Assembly: GCF_037042905.1 (NCBI RefSeq)
Contig: NC_087246.1
Location: 12,214,001 to 12,278,000, forward strand
DNA length: 64,000 nucleotides
Direction: 5' to 3'
Origin: Lytechinus pictus
Lineage: Eukaryota
The translations under genes and the position numbers were made by a program. Below, piece after piece: positions 14,456 through 25,885 of the stretch. The number at the start of each line of letters is the position of its first letter. The first letter of the stretch is position 1. Below the pieces are notes generated by a model that was given only the letters and a program-made list of their open reading frames with translations, was not told the origin of the DNA and searched no databases.

Positions 14456-15468
14456 CCCCAATACCTCTTTCTTCAACAGGAAAGTGTGCATAAACCACAA
14501 AGATGATTATATCTCTATGGCATAAAACGGACAATAAAATCAAACGCATTGAACACAGAGCTGCAGCAAAGGTCTGTTTGATAGAGGGATTGATTTATTG
14601 AATGAGATAAAGAAGACAAATATTTCGGTACTTTTCTGAAGCACACGCACAAAATATGATCATCTTTCTAATAACATGCAGCTTCTTCTTGATTGAGGAT
14701 CAATTTGGCTTGGATGCTGTTTTTAATAGTAGATTCTTACTGGGAATTCAAGTGAGCCCACTAGGGATGTATTCTAACTAGGCTAACAAAAAAGTGTTTT
14801 TATTTTAATTTGGAAGCCCCACACCCACTCCGTTCAGTTTTTGTGCTCTGAATTCAGAAAGCATAGCCGATAACTGTACGAGATTTTTTTTTTAAATTCA
14901 AGTAAATAGCTGTAACGTTTATAAGTACGCAGTTCATTTTAGACTTCGGAGAGAGAATGCTTGGAAAATATTTTCTGAGTAGAATATTGAAAATTGGAAA
15001 TTAGAATGATGTATACAGAGTTCGTATTTTTACAAATTTTGATGACTTAATAATAAGTCATGACCCGAAATAGCCTTCAATCTGAAAGTGAACCAACTAC
15101 GACAAGTTATATTATAGCACACATTCTGATCAGGGCTTTTGAAAAACAAGTTTTTGTTGCTCCACCAATTTACCCCAACAAAAAATCCACTTTCTTTCAT
15201 CGTAATCAATGACTTTATACTAATTTATCGTTACGTAAATTCGAACAGGTGGCATTTAAATGAATTTTTATGAATTTAAGTGCATGACTTCATTTACTCT
15301 TAATTACAAATTTTATCAATTTTAGTATAACTTTATTCAATTTATCATGAGATTTATATTTTTCGATACAAATCGGTGGTTTTCTTAGATCTAACACTAA
15401 TTTTATTCTCATATCCTTTTCATTTTCAATTGCTTTATTGATTGATATTTCACAGAGCTAAGTAATGT

Positions 15469-16458
15469 CTACTTTGAAGACTTGCGAGCGATAATTTCCT
15501 CCAGTAATTTCTTGATAATGTCTAGATCAAGCCCATCGATATCAATGTCACTCTTTGCAAGTGCCTGTGGCGGGATGTTGATGATTGCCTCTTCTTCGAC
15601 ACCAACAACCTCGTCATCGACGTCTTCATCATCCAGGGTATCTTTAACGAGAGATTGAGACGACTCACGTTTAACCGCGACTTCCTCGTGGATTGGTGAT
15701 CGTGAATGGACAACACGAGAAGATCGTTGGGGATTGATGTAACCTGAAGAAATATCTTGCCGGACATTGGACTTCATATCTTTGGTCTGATCAGGACGAT
15801 GAATCTGATGATTTACAAAAGAGGCAGCAGATGAGGACTTTGTTGCATCACCTGTATTTCGTTGTTGCTTATTCCCTCTGGAGACATCATCCTCATGGTC
15901 TTCGAGGATGCCCATTTCATGCATAAGCTGCAGGAAATCGTCCACCTCATCTTTCATTTTACCCAAGTTTTCGGGTTTTCGAGATAGATGACCATCTCGA
16001 CCATCCTTCCTCTGTCGGGTAAGAAGGTCTTCATAAACCGCGTTTTTCGGAAATGGTGCTCGTGGCGGTTGCACGTACCCATGTTGGATTTGGTCAACCA
16101 GCTCCGATGCGCGTTCTTTACCTGGGAAAACTTGTCCATATTGGTTACCTGCATACTCCTTGAATGCCTCGGACACTTTAGGCTGCTGCTTAATTCCGGA
16201 CGCTGCGTTTATAAATCGCTTGGCTCGGACGGGATTGACTGCAACTTGAGACCGACCTTCGTTCAACATCCTCATCTTAATGGAAGCATGGGTGATGTGG
16301 TCTTCTCCTGTCGCCATCGTGCGTGCACGAATCGCTCGTCGATCACGGTAGAATTGCGAGTAGGGTCCGTAGGCTGCTGTTGTACTCGTGACAGCCATGA
16401 GAAGTAGAAGAGCAGGAAAATAGCTGATTCCAGCCTGGACATAGTGAAACAGCAACAT
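15469..16458 (-). CDS. Secreted 329-aa protein, prohormone/granin-like precursor of unknown family
   Basis: 990-nt ORF in AT-rich DNA; hydrophobic signal peptide (YFPALLLLMAVTSTTAA); basic cleavage motifs RDRR, RAKR, RQRK, KR; acidic C-terminal region; acceptor ttgttgacAG at 16528-16529. Confidence 0.75.
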   Translation of the reverse strand: MLLFHYVQAGISYFPALLLLMAVTSTTAAYGPYSQFYRDRRAIRARTMATGEDHITHASIKMRMLNEGRSQVAVNPVRAKRFINAASGIKQQPKVSEAFKEYAGNQYGQVFPGKERASELVDQIQHGYVQPPRAPFPKNAVYEDLLTRQRKDGRDGHLSRKPENLGKMKDEVDDFLQLMHEMGILEDHEDDVSRGNKQQRNTGDATKSSSAASFVNHQIHRPDQTKDMKSNVRQDISSGYINPQRSSRVVHSRSPIHEEVAVKRESSQSLVKDTLDDEDVDDEVVGVEEEAIINIPPQALAKSDIDIDGLDLDIIKKLLEEIIARKSSK

Positions 16459-16698
16459 TATGGCGTTATTAATCGTGGTTTACATGTTAGCTGCAAGTGA
16501 TTTAAGAGACCATTGGGCAATGGGCTCCTGTCAACAAGAACAAGAAATATAGTATGTGAAATTATATTGTTATTGTATATATCCATTCTTTTCATTCTTC
16601 TTTCATCATTCTCTGCGTAAGTCTTACAGAATGACAATTAGCCTTCATACTATTCCTTTTTATTTCGCAATATAGACGTAGTGATTATTTCCATCTAA

Positions 16699-16992
16699 AG
16701 GGGCCCGTCTTACAAAGAGTTGAGATTAATCCAATCAATCGTAACTCTATGGAAATCCATCAGTGCCATAATTTTTTCTACAGGAAATTTGCCAAAATGT
16801 CCTTTGTAAACAAAGGAGAACACACCAAATTGTTAAGAAATCAATGAATTCATGAATGAATATATGAACATATGAATACATTCATATCTAGAAAATCTTT
16901 TGAACAAACAAGCATTTTATATGTTGACTTTACTGGCTTTCCATAGTTGCGATTGATCGGATTAATCTCAACTCTTTGTAAGACGGGCCCCT
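16699..16992. mobile_element. MITE with long TIRs
   Basis: AGGGGCCCGTCTTACAAAGAGTTGAGATTAATCC and its reverse complement at the two ends. Confidence 0.8.
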
Positions 16993-19900
16993 GATCTATA
17001 ATATTTGGAGACCGAGCGACAGTGTATTCATAATCATATATAGTATATAAGTTTGTTAAAAATTAAACACGTTCCATTATTTCATTGCCATTAAAACCCA
17101 TTCCATTATTTCATGATGATTGTCAATGATTAAACAAAATATATCAGAGTATATTTTAAAGTATGAAACAACCAAAGCTGCTTTATATTTAGATTAAGGA
17201 TACTATGTGCCCCCGTCCCATTTGACGTTGAATGCATCAAAACTAGTCGGGCGCTTTGCTTTCTCGCATGATTTTTTTCTCAGAATCGCATATTTTGCTA
17301 TCCTGTTATAGTTCTGAAAGTGGTTATTTACATAAGATCTGATTCCAGTGTTTACAGTATTTGCAGTGAAAGAATTTTAATTTTTGAGGGCGCAGAAATA
17401 CAAAACAGAAAAGGAAAGGGGGAGAAATTTAAAAAATAAAATAAAAATCTTTATTACACTATAACTGTAAGTGCTCCAGAAATGAAATTTTGAGGATTAA
17501 AAATCAGACAATTTTTTTTAAGGGTTCGATCGTTTCGCTCCCTCAAAATTCCCCCTTTCAGAATTTCACAACGTTTTTACACCAAGACATGGTTAACCAA
17601 TAATTTGCTCTGTTGATAATAAAAAAAAATTGGCCTTAAATCATTGCGAAGTATTTCGTTCATTAACTCCAAATATTCAAAACTAAAGAAAACAGAAAAC
17701 AGTCTATAAAAGTGTTTTATCGTCTATTTTTTGCTTGCCAAAGAAGTTTGGAAGAAAAAATGGAACCTTCTCGACCTTTCCCTGCATGGTCAGTCCTGGC
17801 TCTATCACCGTTTTCAATAGATGGCTCGTTCAAGGAATTAAGCTAATTTATCATCGTTATACCATAATTGCCGAAATCGGTTATGATTTTCCAAGAAGTA
17901 AAGAGAAAAAAAATCTTGTTAATCTTTCTATATACGAATCACAGAAATAACATCATGCTGTAAAACTTACCATTCTTGACATACTAACGTGAGTTGTAGC
18001 AAAGTTAACGACGTTCACCGTATATACGTTAAGCAGGCATTACAATGTCTTAAAATGATAATTACTTAAGATTCTTCTGACGAATTTACCCCTATAAAGC
18101 TCATGCATGTAACAGCTTGCACAAAGAAAAGGTTAATTGACTTCGAGTTCTGTTTATCAATCAAAATTACGTCAGTAAAAACATTGGGAGAGCAAAATTG
18201 AAACAAAGCAGATAATAACTATGACGTTTTGGGTAACGGCTGTCTTTGAACAACCATTATTAATATCCTCCATGGTGACTATAGGGTCTAATGAGTGAAA
18301 TCAATAATCAGGCCTATATATATATTTTCTTTCTAAAAACATATTGTAGTTTCATTCCCCCCCCCCCCCCCTCTCCCCCTCTCCCCCCCCCCTCTCTCTC
18401 TCCCTCTCTATATATATATATTTCTCTTCCCCAGCAACAAAATAATCAGACAGGCATCATTCAGCACAATAATACAATACTGTTTAAAATAACGCAGATG
18501 CATGTAGGATAAGAATATAATCAATACAAAATGTGGGGTAATATGTACCTCCCACCATTTTTTCTTCCTAGGTCCATGCTCCCACCATTTTTTCTTCCTA
18601 GATCCATGCTCCCATGGGAGCATGGACCTAGGAAGAAAAAATGGTGGGAGGTACATATATATATGCACTAAGTTTGCTGTTCAAACCTTTCACTTGAGGA
18701 AAGTTGTCTTAATTATGCAGCCTAATCATTATTCATGTCAGTTATTGTGTCCAGAATCTCGTTCAAACAACAAGTTGTATTTGCAGGCCTACCATAGCTA
18801 TATTGAGTCAGATTCAATCAAGGTCTAGCTCTGCCTGTATATAAACTGTCTCCTGTCATACCCAACTTTAGAAGGGAGAAGGGAAGAGGTGGTTGCCCTG
18901 AGCAGCTTCTCCCTACAAATATGGAAGCTTACACCTTTTGATGAAAAAATTTCACCAATGTGCAAGAAAATCCTTAACATAAGCCGCTGCTTATAATGAC
19001 AATCCTCCCGGCAATCCTCCTGCTAATAATGTAAATGCAGTATGTTGGTAATGGATCTCTTTTGTGTGTGTGTTGAATGATGTTTTTAGTACACTTTATC
19101 TATGATTCATCATTAATGCCAAAAAACAGTTTTAAAAATATGTTTCATGTGTACGGTATGCAGAAAAGAACAATAAATAATTTTTTTTTAAGCTATTCAT
19201 TCCCTCGGTTACTCTCCTCCCCCGGCCTTGGGTCCCGTTTCATAAAGGACTTGCAACTGTTGTAACTTTGCCATTATGGCAATTACCATGGTAACATTGA
19301 TTATGATTGGCTGCTGAGCCCTGTTGCCAGAGGTGTCGATCCTGGGGGGGGGGCAGGGGGCGATCGCCCCACCAATGAAAATATTTGGGGGGGGGGGCAA
19401 ACATCGTTTTGCCCCCCCCCCCCCCAATAATTCCGCATGTGCAAAAATAATAAGATTGTAATGTTACACAGAAATCTGCAAGCGAGATTGAGATGCACAA
19501 CTCCTTCTTTATTTAAAATTGTGCTCAAAATGTCCGCTTTTTCAGATTGGAATACAAAAATTTTCAGCGCGAGCTTCGCGCTCGCATCATTTCTGTAGCA
19601 AAAACCCATACTTTTCATGATTAAATTTTGAATAGAATGTCCCGTTTTCAGTTCTAAACCTCAAAAGAACTCCCGCTTCGATTTGCAATATATCTTGTTC
19701 TTTATTAAAAACGTCCATTAAACTGTCAATTTTTTTTTCAGATCGAAATATCAAAATTTTTAGCTCGCGCTTAGCGCGCGCTCGCATCTATTGTTTTAGA
19801 TACCCATCTTAATCATTGGTACCAAAAATGCTTAGAATATCAAGCTTTCAGGTCAGAATATAAAGAAACTTCAGCTCGCTCTCGGCACTCGCATTATCTG

Positions 19901-20168
19901 TGTAGTGAGATATGTATCCTCCTCATGAGTTACTACAAACAGTCCTATACCTTTTTCCGGTTTTCAGGTTAGTATACTAAAAAATTTCAGCTCGCGTTTC
20001 ACCCTCGCAAAAATTTGTTGGTGAGATATGTGTCTCTTTCTCATGAGTTATATATATATATATATTGTGTGAAAGAAATGGATGAAGAGAACAATGGTAG
20101 GCGTAGCTTAAATCAAGGTTCCCCAGAGCTATCTACCCTTTTTGGAAAAATTGGTGATGCCGAAAAAA

Positions 20169-20240
20169 TGTCTCTGCCGGGAATCGAACCCGGGCCCCCA
20201 GCTTTGAACGCCGGTGCCTTAACCACTAGACCACAGAGAC
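20169..20240 (-). tRNA. tRNA-like gene with anticodon TCA (opal-suppressor-like or repeat-borne pseudo-tRNA), copy 1
   Basis: 72-nt cloverleaf: 7-bp acceptor GTCTCTG/CAGAGAC, D arm, 5-bp anticodon stem with loop GTTCAAA, 4-nt variable loop, CCGGG-TTCGATT-CCCGG T arm; followed by T6. Confidence 0.5.
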
Positions 20241-20581
20241 GGGTTAGTGGCTAGGGCGACCCCGATCCGATTGACCGTCAGATAGACAGATTTTCGACAC
20301 TCTGGTTCCCCAGAGCTATCTACCCTTTTTGGAAAAATTGGTGATGCCGAAAAAATAAAAGAGTTGCCAAAGCTGTAGTACATGTATAACTTCACACATT
20401 TGTATACTTTCTCCCATACGTGTACTGTATCAAAGCAATAGCTTTGATCCAGCTGAGGCATGGCGGCTTGTCATTGTTCAAAACCCACCTTCACCCGACA
20501 AAGGAAATTACAATTGGTATGGTGTCGAAAATCTGTCTATCTGACGGTCAATCGGATCGGGGTCGCCCTAGCCACTAACCC

Positions 20582-20653
20582 GTCTCTGTGGTCTAGTGGT
20601 TAAGGCACCGGCGTTCAAAGCTGGGGGCCCGGGTTCGATTCCCGGCAGAGACA
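20582..20653 (+). tRNA. tRNA-like gene with anticodon TCA, copy 2
   Basis: Same 72-nt cloverleaf; anticodon at 20615-20617; followed by GTTTTT. Confidence 0.5.
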
Positions 20654-20991
20654 GTTTTTCGGCATCACCAATTTTTCCAAAAAGGGTAGATAGCTCTGGG
20701 GAACCTTGATTTAAGCTACGCCTACCATTGTTCTCTTCATCCATTTCTTTCACACAATATTTAAATAAAAGAGTTGCCAAAGCTGTAGTACATGTATAAC
20801 TTCACACATTTGTATACTTTCTCCCATACGTGTACTGTATCAAAGCAATAGCTTTAATCCAGCTGAGGCATGGCGGCTTGTCATTGTTCAAAACCCACCT
20901 TCACCCGACAAAGGAAATTACAATTGGTATGGTGTCGAAAATCTGTCTATCTGACGGTCAATCGGATCGGGGTCGCCCTAGCCACTAACCC

Positions 20992-21063
20992 GTCTCTGTG
21001 GTCTAGTGGTTAAGGCACCGGCGTTCAAAGCTGGGGGCCCGGGTTCGATTCCCGGCAGAGACA
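20992..21063 (+). tRNA. tRNA-like gene with anticodon TCA, copy 3
   Basis: Same cloverleaf, followed by a T6 Pol III terminator-like run. Confidence 0.5.
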
Positions 21064-21376
21064 TTTTTTCGGCATCACCAATTTTTCCAAAAAGGGTAGA
21101 TAGCTCAGGGGAACCTTGATTTAAGCTACGCCTACCATTGTTCTCTTCATCCATTTCTTTCACACAATATTTAAATAAAAGAGTTGCCAAAGCTGTAGTA
21201 CATGTATAACTTCACACATTTGTATACTTTCTCCCATACGTGTACTGTATCAAAGCAATAGCTTTGATCCAGCTGAGGCATGGCGGCTTGTCATTGTTCA
21301 AAACCCACTTGGTATGGTGTCGAAAATCTGTCTATCTGACGGTCAATCGGATCGGGGTCGCCCTAGCCACTAACCC

Positions 21377-21448
21377 GTCTCTGTGGTCTAGTGGTTAAGG
21401 CACCGGCGTTCAAAGCTGGGGGCCCGGGTTCGATTCCCGGCAGAGACA
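21377..21448 (+). tRNA. tRNA-like gene with anticodon TCA, copy 4
   Basis: Same cloverleaf, followed by T6. Confidence 0.5.
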
Positions 21449-22291
21449 TTTTTTCGGCATCACCAATTTTTCCAAAAAGGGTAGATAGCTCTGGGGAACC
21501 TTGATTTAAGCGACGCCTACCATTGTTCTCTTCATCCATTTCTTTCACACAATATTTAAATAAAAGAGTTGCCAAAGCTGTAGTGCATGTATAACTTCAC
21601 ACATTTATATATATATATATATATACATTTATACATACATAATTATATAGGCCTATGTGTGTGTGGGGGGTGTGTTTTGTGTGATCGAGCGCCTTTGGAA
21701 CGGGAACGTTGATTCATGATTTTGCCCCCCAATCTGAAAAATGGATCGACGCCCCTGCCTGTTGCCATGGTATAGTTGCCATTATGGCAAAGTTACAACA
21801 GTTGCAAGTCCTTTATGAAACGGGTCCCAGGTGTGCAAGGTATTTCATCCAATAATTGTATTATTCATCTAGTGATATTCTTGACGAATAAAATCAATTA
21901 ATCAATCAATCAGTGCTACCCAACGAATTGGTGCTACCCCCTCGCACTTCCTTTCTCTCTCATTCTCTCCTTTGAAAACTAGTGTCGCGTTAAAGCGAAA
22001 ACGTAGGTTGAATTGCAGAAAAAGACAGATGTGGGAGGCGGGTAGGAGGTAAGAGAAAATTGGGAGATCGCAAAATATCGTATTAGTAATGTTATTTATC
22101 TCATTTGATTAATTTTCTTGGTTTTCAAATGTCACTTTAATGGTTCTCACGTACATGAAGCTTTATAAAATGATACAAAATGCATTTTTTAATAGCTTTT
22201 TCAGACCACGTAGCGCGTCGACGGTGACTGTGTGCGGTACCACATGTGTAATTTTGTGTTGTGTTCAGTTAAACTTCGTGTAGAGCCGAGG

Positions 22292-22862
22292 TAGTCTTGA
22301 GGTAGACAGCTGGCAGCCGTCTGTTTCGAGGAGTTTTTTAACATTTTTTTTTTATAATTTCTCCTCATACACAGACGGCTCGCTAGCGTGCAGCCACCAT
22401 TAGGGGACTTGCAATGCAAAATCCCCCCGTCTGGGCTCTTCAATTCTTGTCTTTAATGAATAAAGTTTTTGAAAATTAACGCGACCAAAATGCAAATTAA
22501 TATTCCCTCTTGGCATTAATTGCCAAAAAACGGAGAAAAATCAAGTTAAAAGGAACAAAAACAGTGACTTACCTCAGCTGTCGCGTAAATTCACTTCCCC
22601 GTTTTATCCAATCTTAAGTACATAAACATATGGCCATTGAGTCCCCTGTACAGATCGCGCTAGAACTTTGGTCTCTGTATTTGGTGAGTGAAGCCAACGG
22701 AGTTCAGCTGAACAACCAACATAACAGAGACCGAAGCTTTTGGTCTAGTCTTGAGGACGCAATGATGATGATTTTTAAAATAATGAAATATACTTCTTCG
22801 TCAATGATGAAGAAGTATATTTCATTATTTTAAAAATCATCATCATTGCGTCCTCAAGACTA
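22292..22862. mobile_element. Hairpin MITE (about 117 bp, 9-bp TSD) with a second 9-bp-TSD element (22303-22747) inserted in its left end
   Basis: Outer TSD GAGCCGAGG (22283-22291, 22863-22871) around TAGTCTTGAGG...CCTCAAGACTA; inner TSD GTCTTGAGG; inner element matches 6613-7059. Confidence 0.8.
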
Positions 22863-23143
22863 GAGCCGAGGCACTCGTACGTATTGCAAGGTTAATATTA
22901 GTATACCGGTACTAAGCACTCCTAGTACCAATGAGGTCCAAACATTAACATGTATGGACCTCATAGGCGACAATGCGTTAAAAACAGGTTAGAAGTCCTG
23001 CACCCAAGTATTTTTATGATATTAGTGATTATTACTCGAAAAATGCAAGCTTTGTCCTCATTTGTTTAGCATTTATTAAAAAATTGCCCATTAACTATAA
23101 TCCTACTCATACTTTAAATGTTATAAAATAAAGGGAAACTTAC

Positions 23144-23626
23144 ATTTGAGTCCTTTTTCGATCTTTTCTTGGCAGTCAGTCCGGTCCCGTCGAGTGCGAT
23201 CAAAGCGGTACGAAGCTGATTTTCAGATCACGTGATACGAGTAGTCATCACCTGATCGATCGACTATCCTTTTTTAAAGACCGCAACAATTATAAATTTT
23301 ATTATGAAATATATATAGAATAAATAATTGCATGATATCATATATATTTCTACAATCAAAAATATTTTATGATATAAATTTAATATTTGACGTAAAAATC
23401 GCTATTTAACAAAATATTTATTAAAAAATAAAAAATCAAACAAAATAAAAACGCCTTGGACACAGTGCAAAAAACCTAACAATTTGGCCGCGTTCTTAAC
23501 AACTATCGTAAGGGGCGCTCTATTTATAAATAAAAAAGAATGTACAGCTGTCTACCGCGACGTGGTTTGTCGCAAGATTTGGGACAAATCCGTGGGAATT
23601 CTTGAGAAAATACATCAAAAGAACTG
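23144..23626. promoter_or_regulatory. Probable promoter and 5' non-coding first exon of CYB5D2, possibly bidirectional
   Basis: Plus-strand donor GTgagt at 23627 could join the acceptor ctccattctgcAG at 25862-25863; minus-strand donor GTaagt at 23143; CpG-containing flanks and a TCACGTGA E-box near 23228. Confidence 0.4.
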
Positions 23627-24354
23627 GTGAGTACCGATTAAACATTATCAAAGTAGTAAATAGGTTATACATAACTTGTATATATATATTTTAAATTGAT
23701 ATTGATGCTTAGTTCCAAGCTAGGGCGGCCCAAATGTGCGTGAGTGGAGTCCCAGTTTATTAACACGGGTAAGTATTGGGGTGTCGCCTAGAGTGGTACT
23801 AAGCCGAGGGCGAGGCATTGCATGAGCATGGCCATCACGTATTTCTTTGCAACCACCCTGCCTGTACTTAGCCAGGAGGCTCCTAGAGAGTAAAAATTTT
23901 TCACTAGTGCTTACTCTCTCTCCATGGAGCCAGGGGAAGGGATTGCGTCCCAACTCCCATTCATGTGCATGTACCGCGAAAAAACTGAAACTTTCGCCCC
24001 CGAGATTTCTACTTCTAAAAAAACTAAAAGATCTCGTCCTAAATCAAGTAAATGGGATACAACTTCATTTCCGACATTTCTACAATATTGATTTCATTTT
24101 TAAACAAGAATTCTTAAAAAAACAAGAAAAATATGAAAAGACGGGGAAGACTTGCCGTGATGTTTACGTTGCCATCTTGTTTCTTTTTGTTCTTCGCCAA
24201 GTTACAAGATGCATATCCAAGTATTTGTCCCAAAGAACAAGAGAAAAGAGCCAAACATTGCTAACCTTATTTCACCACACAGGGAGTGGTAACAGAGAAC
24301 AAGGTTATACATGTATCATAACATTGGTTCTTTGAATGAGTGCTTTGCATAGGC

Positions 24355-24780
24355 TAGACCAAAAGCTTCGGGTCTCTGTTATGTTGGTTGTTCCGCTGAA
24401 CTCCGTTGGCTCCACTCACCAAATACAGAGACCGAAGTTCTAGCGCGATCTGTACAGGGGACTCAATGGCCATATGTTTATGTATTAAGTTAGGATAAAA
24501 CAGGGAAGTGAAGTTGCGCGACAGCCGAAGTAAGTCACTGTTTTTTCCCCTTTTGAGTTATCTTTCCCCGTTTTGGTGCATTTCAGGCCAAAACGGAATA
24601 ATAATCTTTATTTTGGTACAGTTCTTTTTATATATTTTTATGAAATAAAGACAAAAATCTATGAGCCCCGACGGGGGGATTTTGCATTGTAAGTCCCCTA
24701 ATGGTGGCTGCACGATAGCGAGCCGTCTGTGTACGAGGAGAAATTTAAAAAATAAAAAAAATGTTTAAAAACTCCTCGAA
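24355..24780 (-). mobile_element. Inverted, diverged and truncated copy 3 of the 6613-7059 element
   Basis: Reverse complement of the TAGAC...GTCTA element. Confidence 0.75.
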
Positions 24781-25885
24781 ATGTTCATGTTCAATGACAT
24801 ATTTCCATAATGTGCCACATGCAATCAATGGTTGTTCTTCACTGTCATAAAATTGAATCCTGCTCTTGATGATTAACAATTTTTTGTCATTTATTGAGTA
24901 ATATCAAACTTATTCCATTTAAATCAGACCAGATAAAAGTGAATTTTGATAATGACGAAAATAAACTTGACTGGATATTCTCTGGCAGATTACTATTGGC
25001 ATACATGTAATTAAATATGCTGAACTTAAGCAACTCATGCTCTTTCCAAAAATGTGTAATTTGTCTCATTATTAGGAATAGATTCAATGATTTTTTAAAA
25101 TCCTTGCTTGTCTTTTAATCAATTTTGCCTAGGTTGCCATGAAGATTATTCTATAGGAATTTTGACATTTTTGTAGAACTCTAAGTTTTTATTTCTCATA
25201 TATAACCTTCAAATTGGTCACTACAAGTCTTAACTTCCAAGATTCCCTACTACATGTACAACTGGTACTAGCTCCTGGCAGTAGTAGAAAGAGCTGCAAA
25301 AAGTCTAAGAAGCAATAAGCTTTTTGCACAATAAAAAAAATTATTCAATCAATTAGACAGTCATATTAAATGATTAAAGTTCATGGATATTTTTCCCCTG
25401 TGGACCACTAAGTGATTCAGGTCTGTGTATTAAGTATTTAAGATTTATGGATGTTGTGCAATCTATTGTTTCCTGTATCCCCCTTCCTATGAGTAGTGTG
25501 ACATCATATGTCTACACCTGTGCAGGTTAGAAGATTGCACCTTTACTTGCTGCGCTATCTGACAAACCTCTGGCAAGCTTTCAGGTTTTCAAGAACGACC
25601 TTCTCTTAAAAAGTATAAGATTTGAAGATGTTGGAAGATTGACCTCAAAGGATCTACAATAATTTTAATAACTTGTTGCTATGTCTGAAAAGCATCAGCC
25701 ATCCTTTAATGTTGTCAAGAGGTCTAGAGAATACATGAAATAAAATATCTTTGTAACAGGCCTTTCATTTTACATTTTAATGCAAAGACAATGATGATAA
25801 AAGTACTGACCACTGATTAAAACATGAGTTGTATTGAAATAATAATTGTTCTCCATTCTGCAGCAATGTAAACACAACTTATGAG

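Larger units (their letters stand above)
20050..21625. repeat. Tandem array of 385-410 bp units (three plus-strand copies and one inverted partial copy), each containing a tRNA-like gene, bounded by (TA)n
   Basis: Near-identical units with the tRNA at 20582, 20992 and 21377; inverted copy at about 20064-20300; (TA)n at both ends. Confidence 0.9.
19328..21757. mobile_element. Non-autonomous hAT-like element carrying the tRNA-like array
   Basis: 15-bp TIR CAGAGGTGTCGATCC / GGATCGACGCCCCTG (2 mismatches); 8-bp TSD CCTGTTGC at 19320-19327 and 21758-21765. Confidence 0.8.
19230..21828. mobile_element. Palindromic MITE (about 160 bp) split by a nested hAT-like insertion
   Basis: GGGTCCCGTTTCATAAAGGAC ... 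GTCCTTTATGAAACGGGTCCC; uninterrupted relatives at about 45470-45622 and 60196-60355. Confidence 0.75.

Noticed and set aside
20015-21575. Repeated 70-79 aa ORFs (CVKEMDEENNGRR...)
   Set aside because: Antisense readings of the tRNA-containing repeat unit with no protein features
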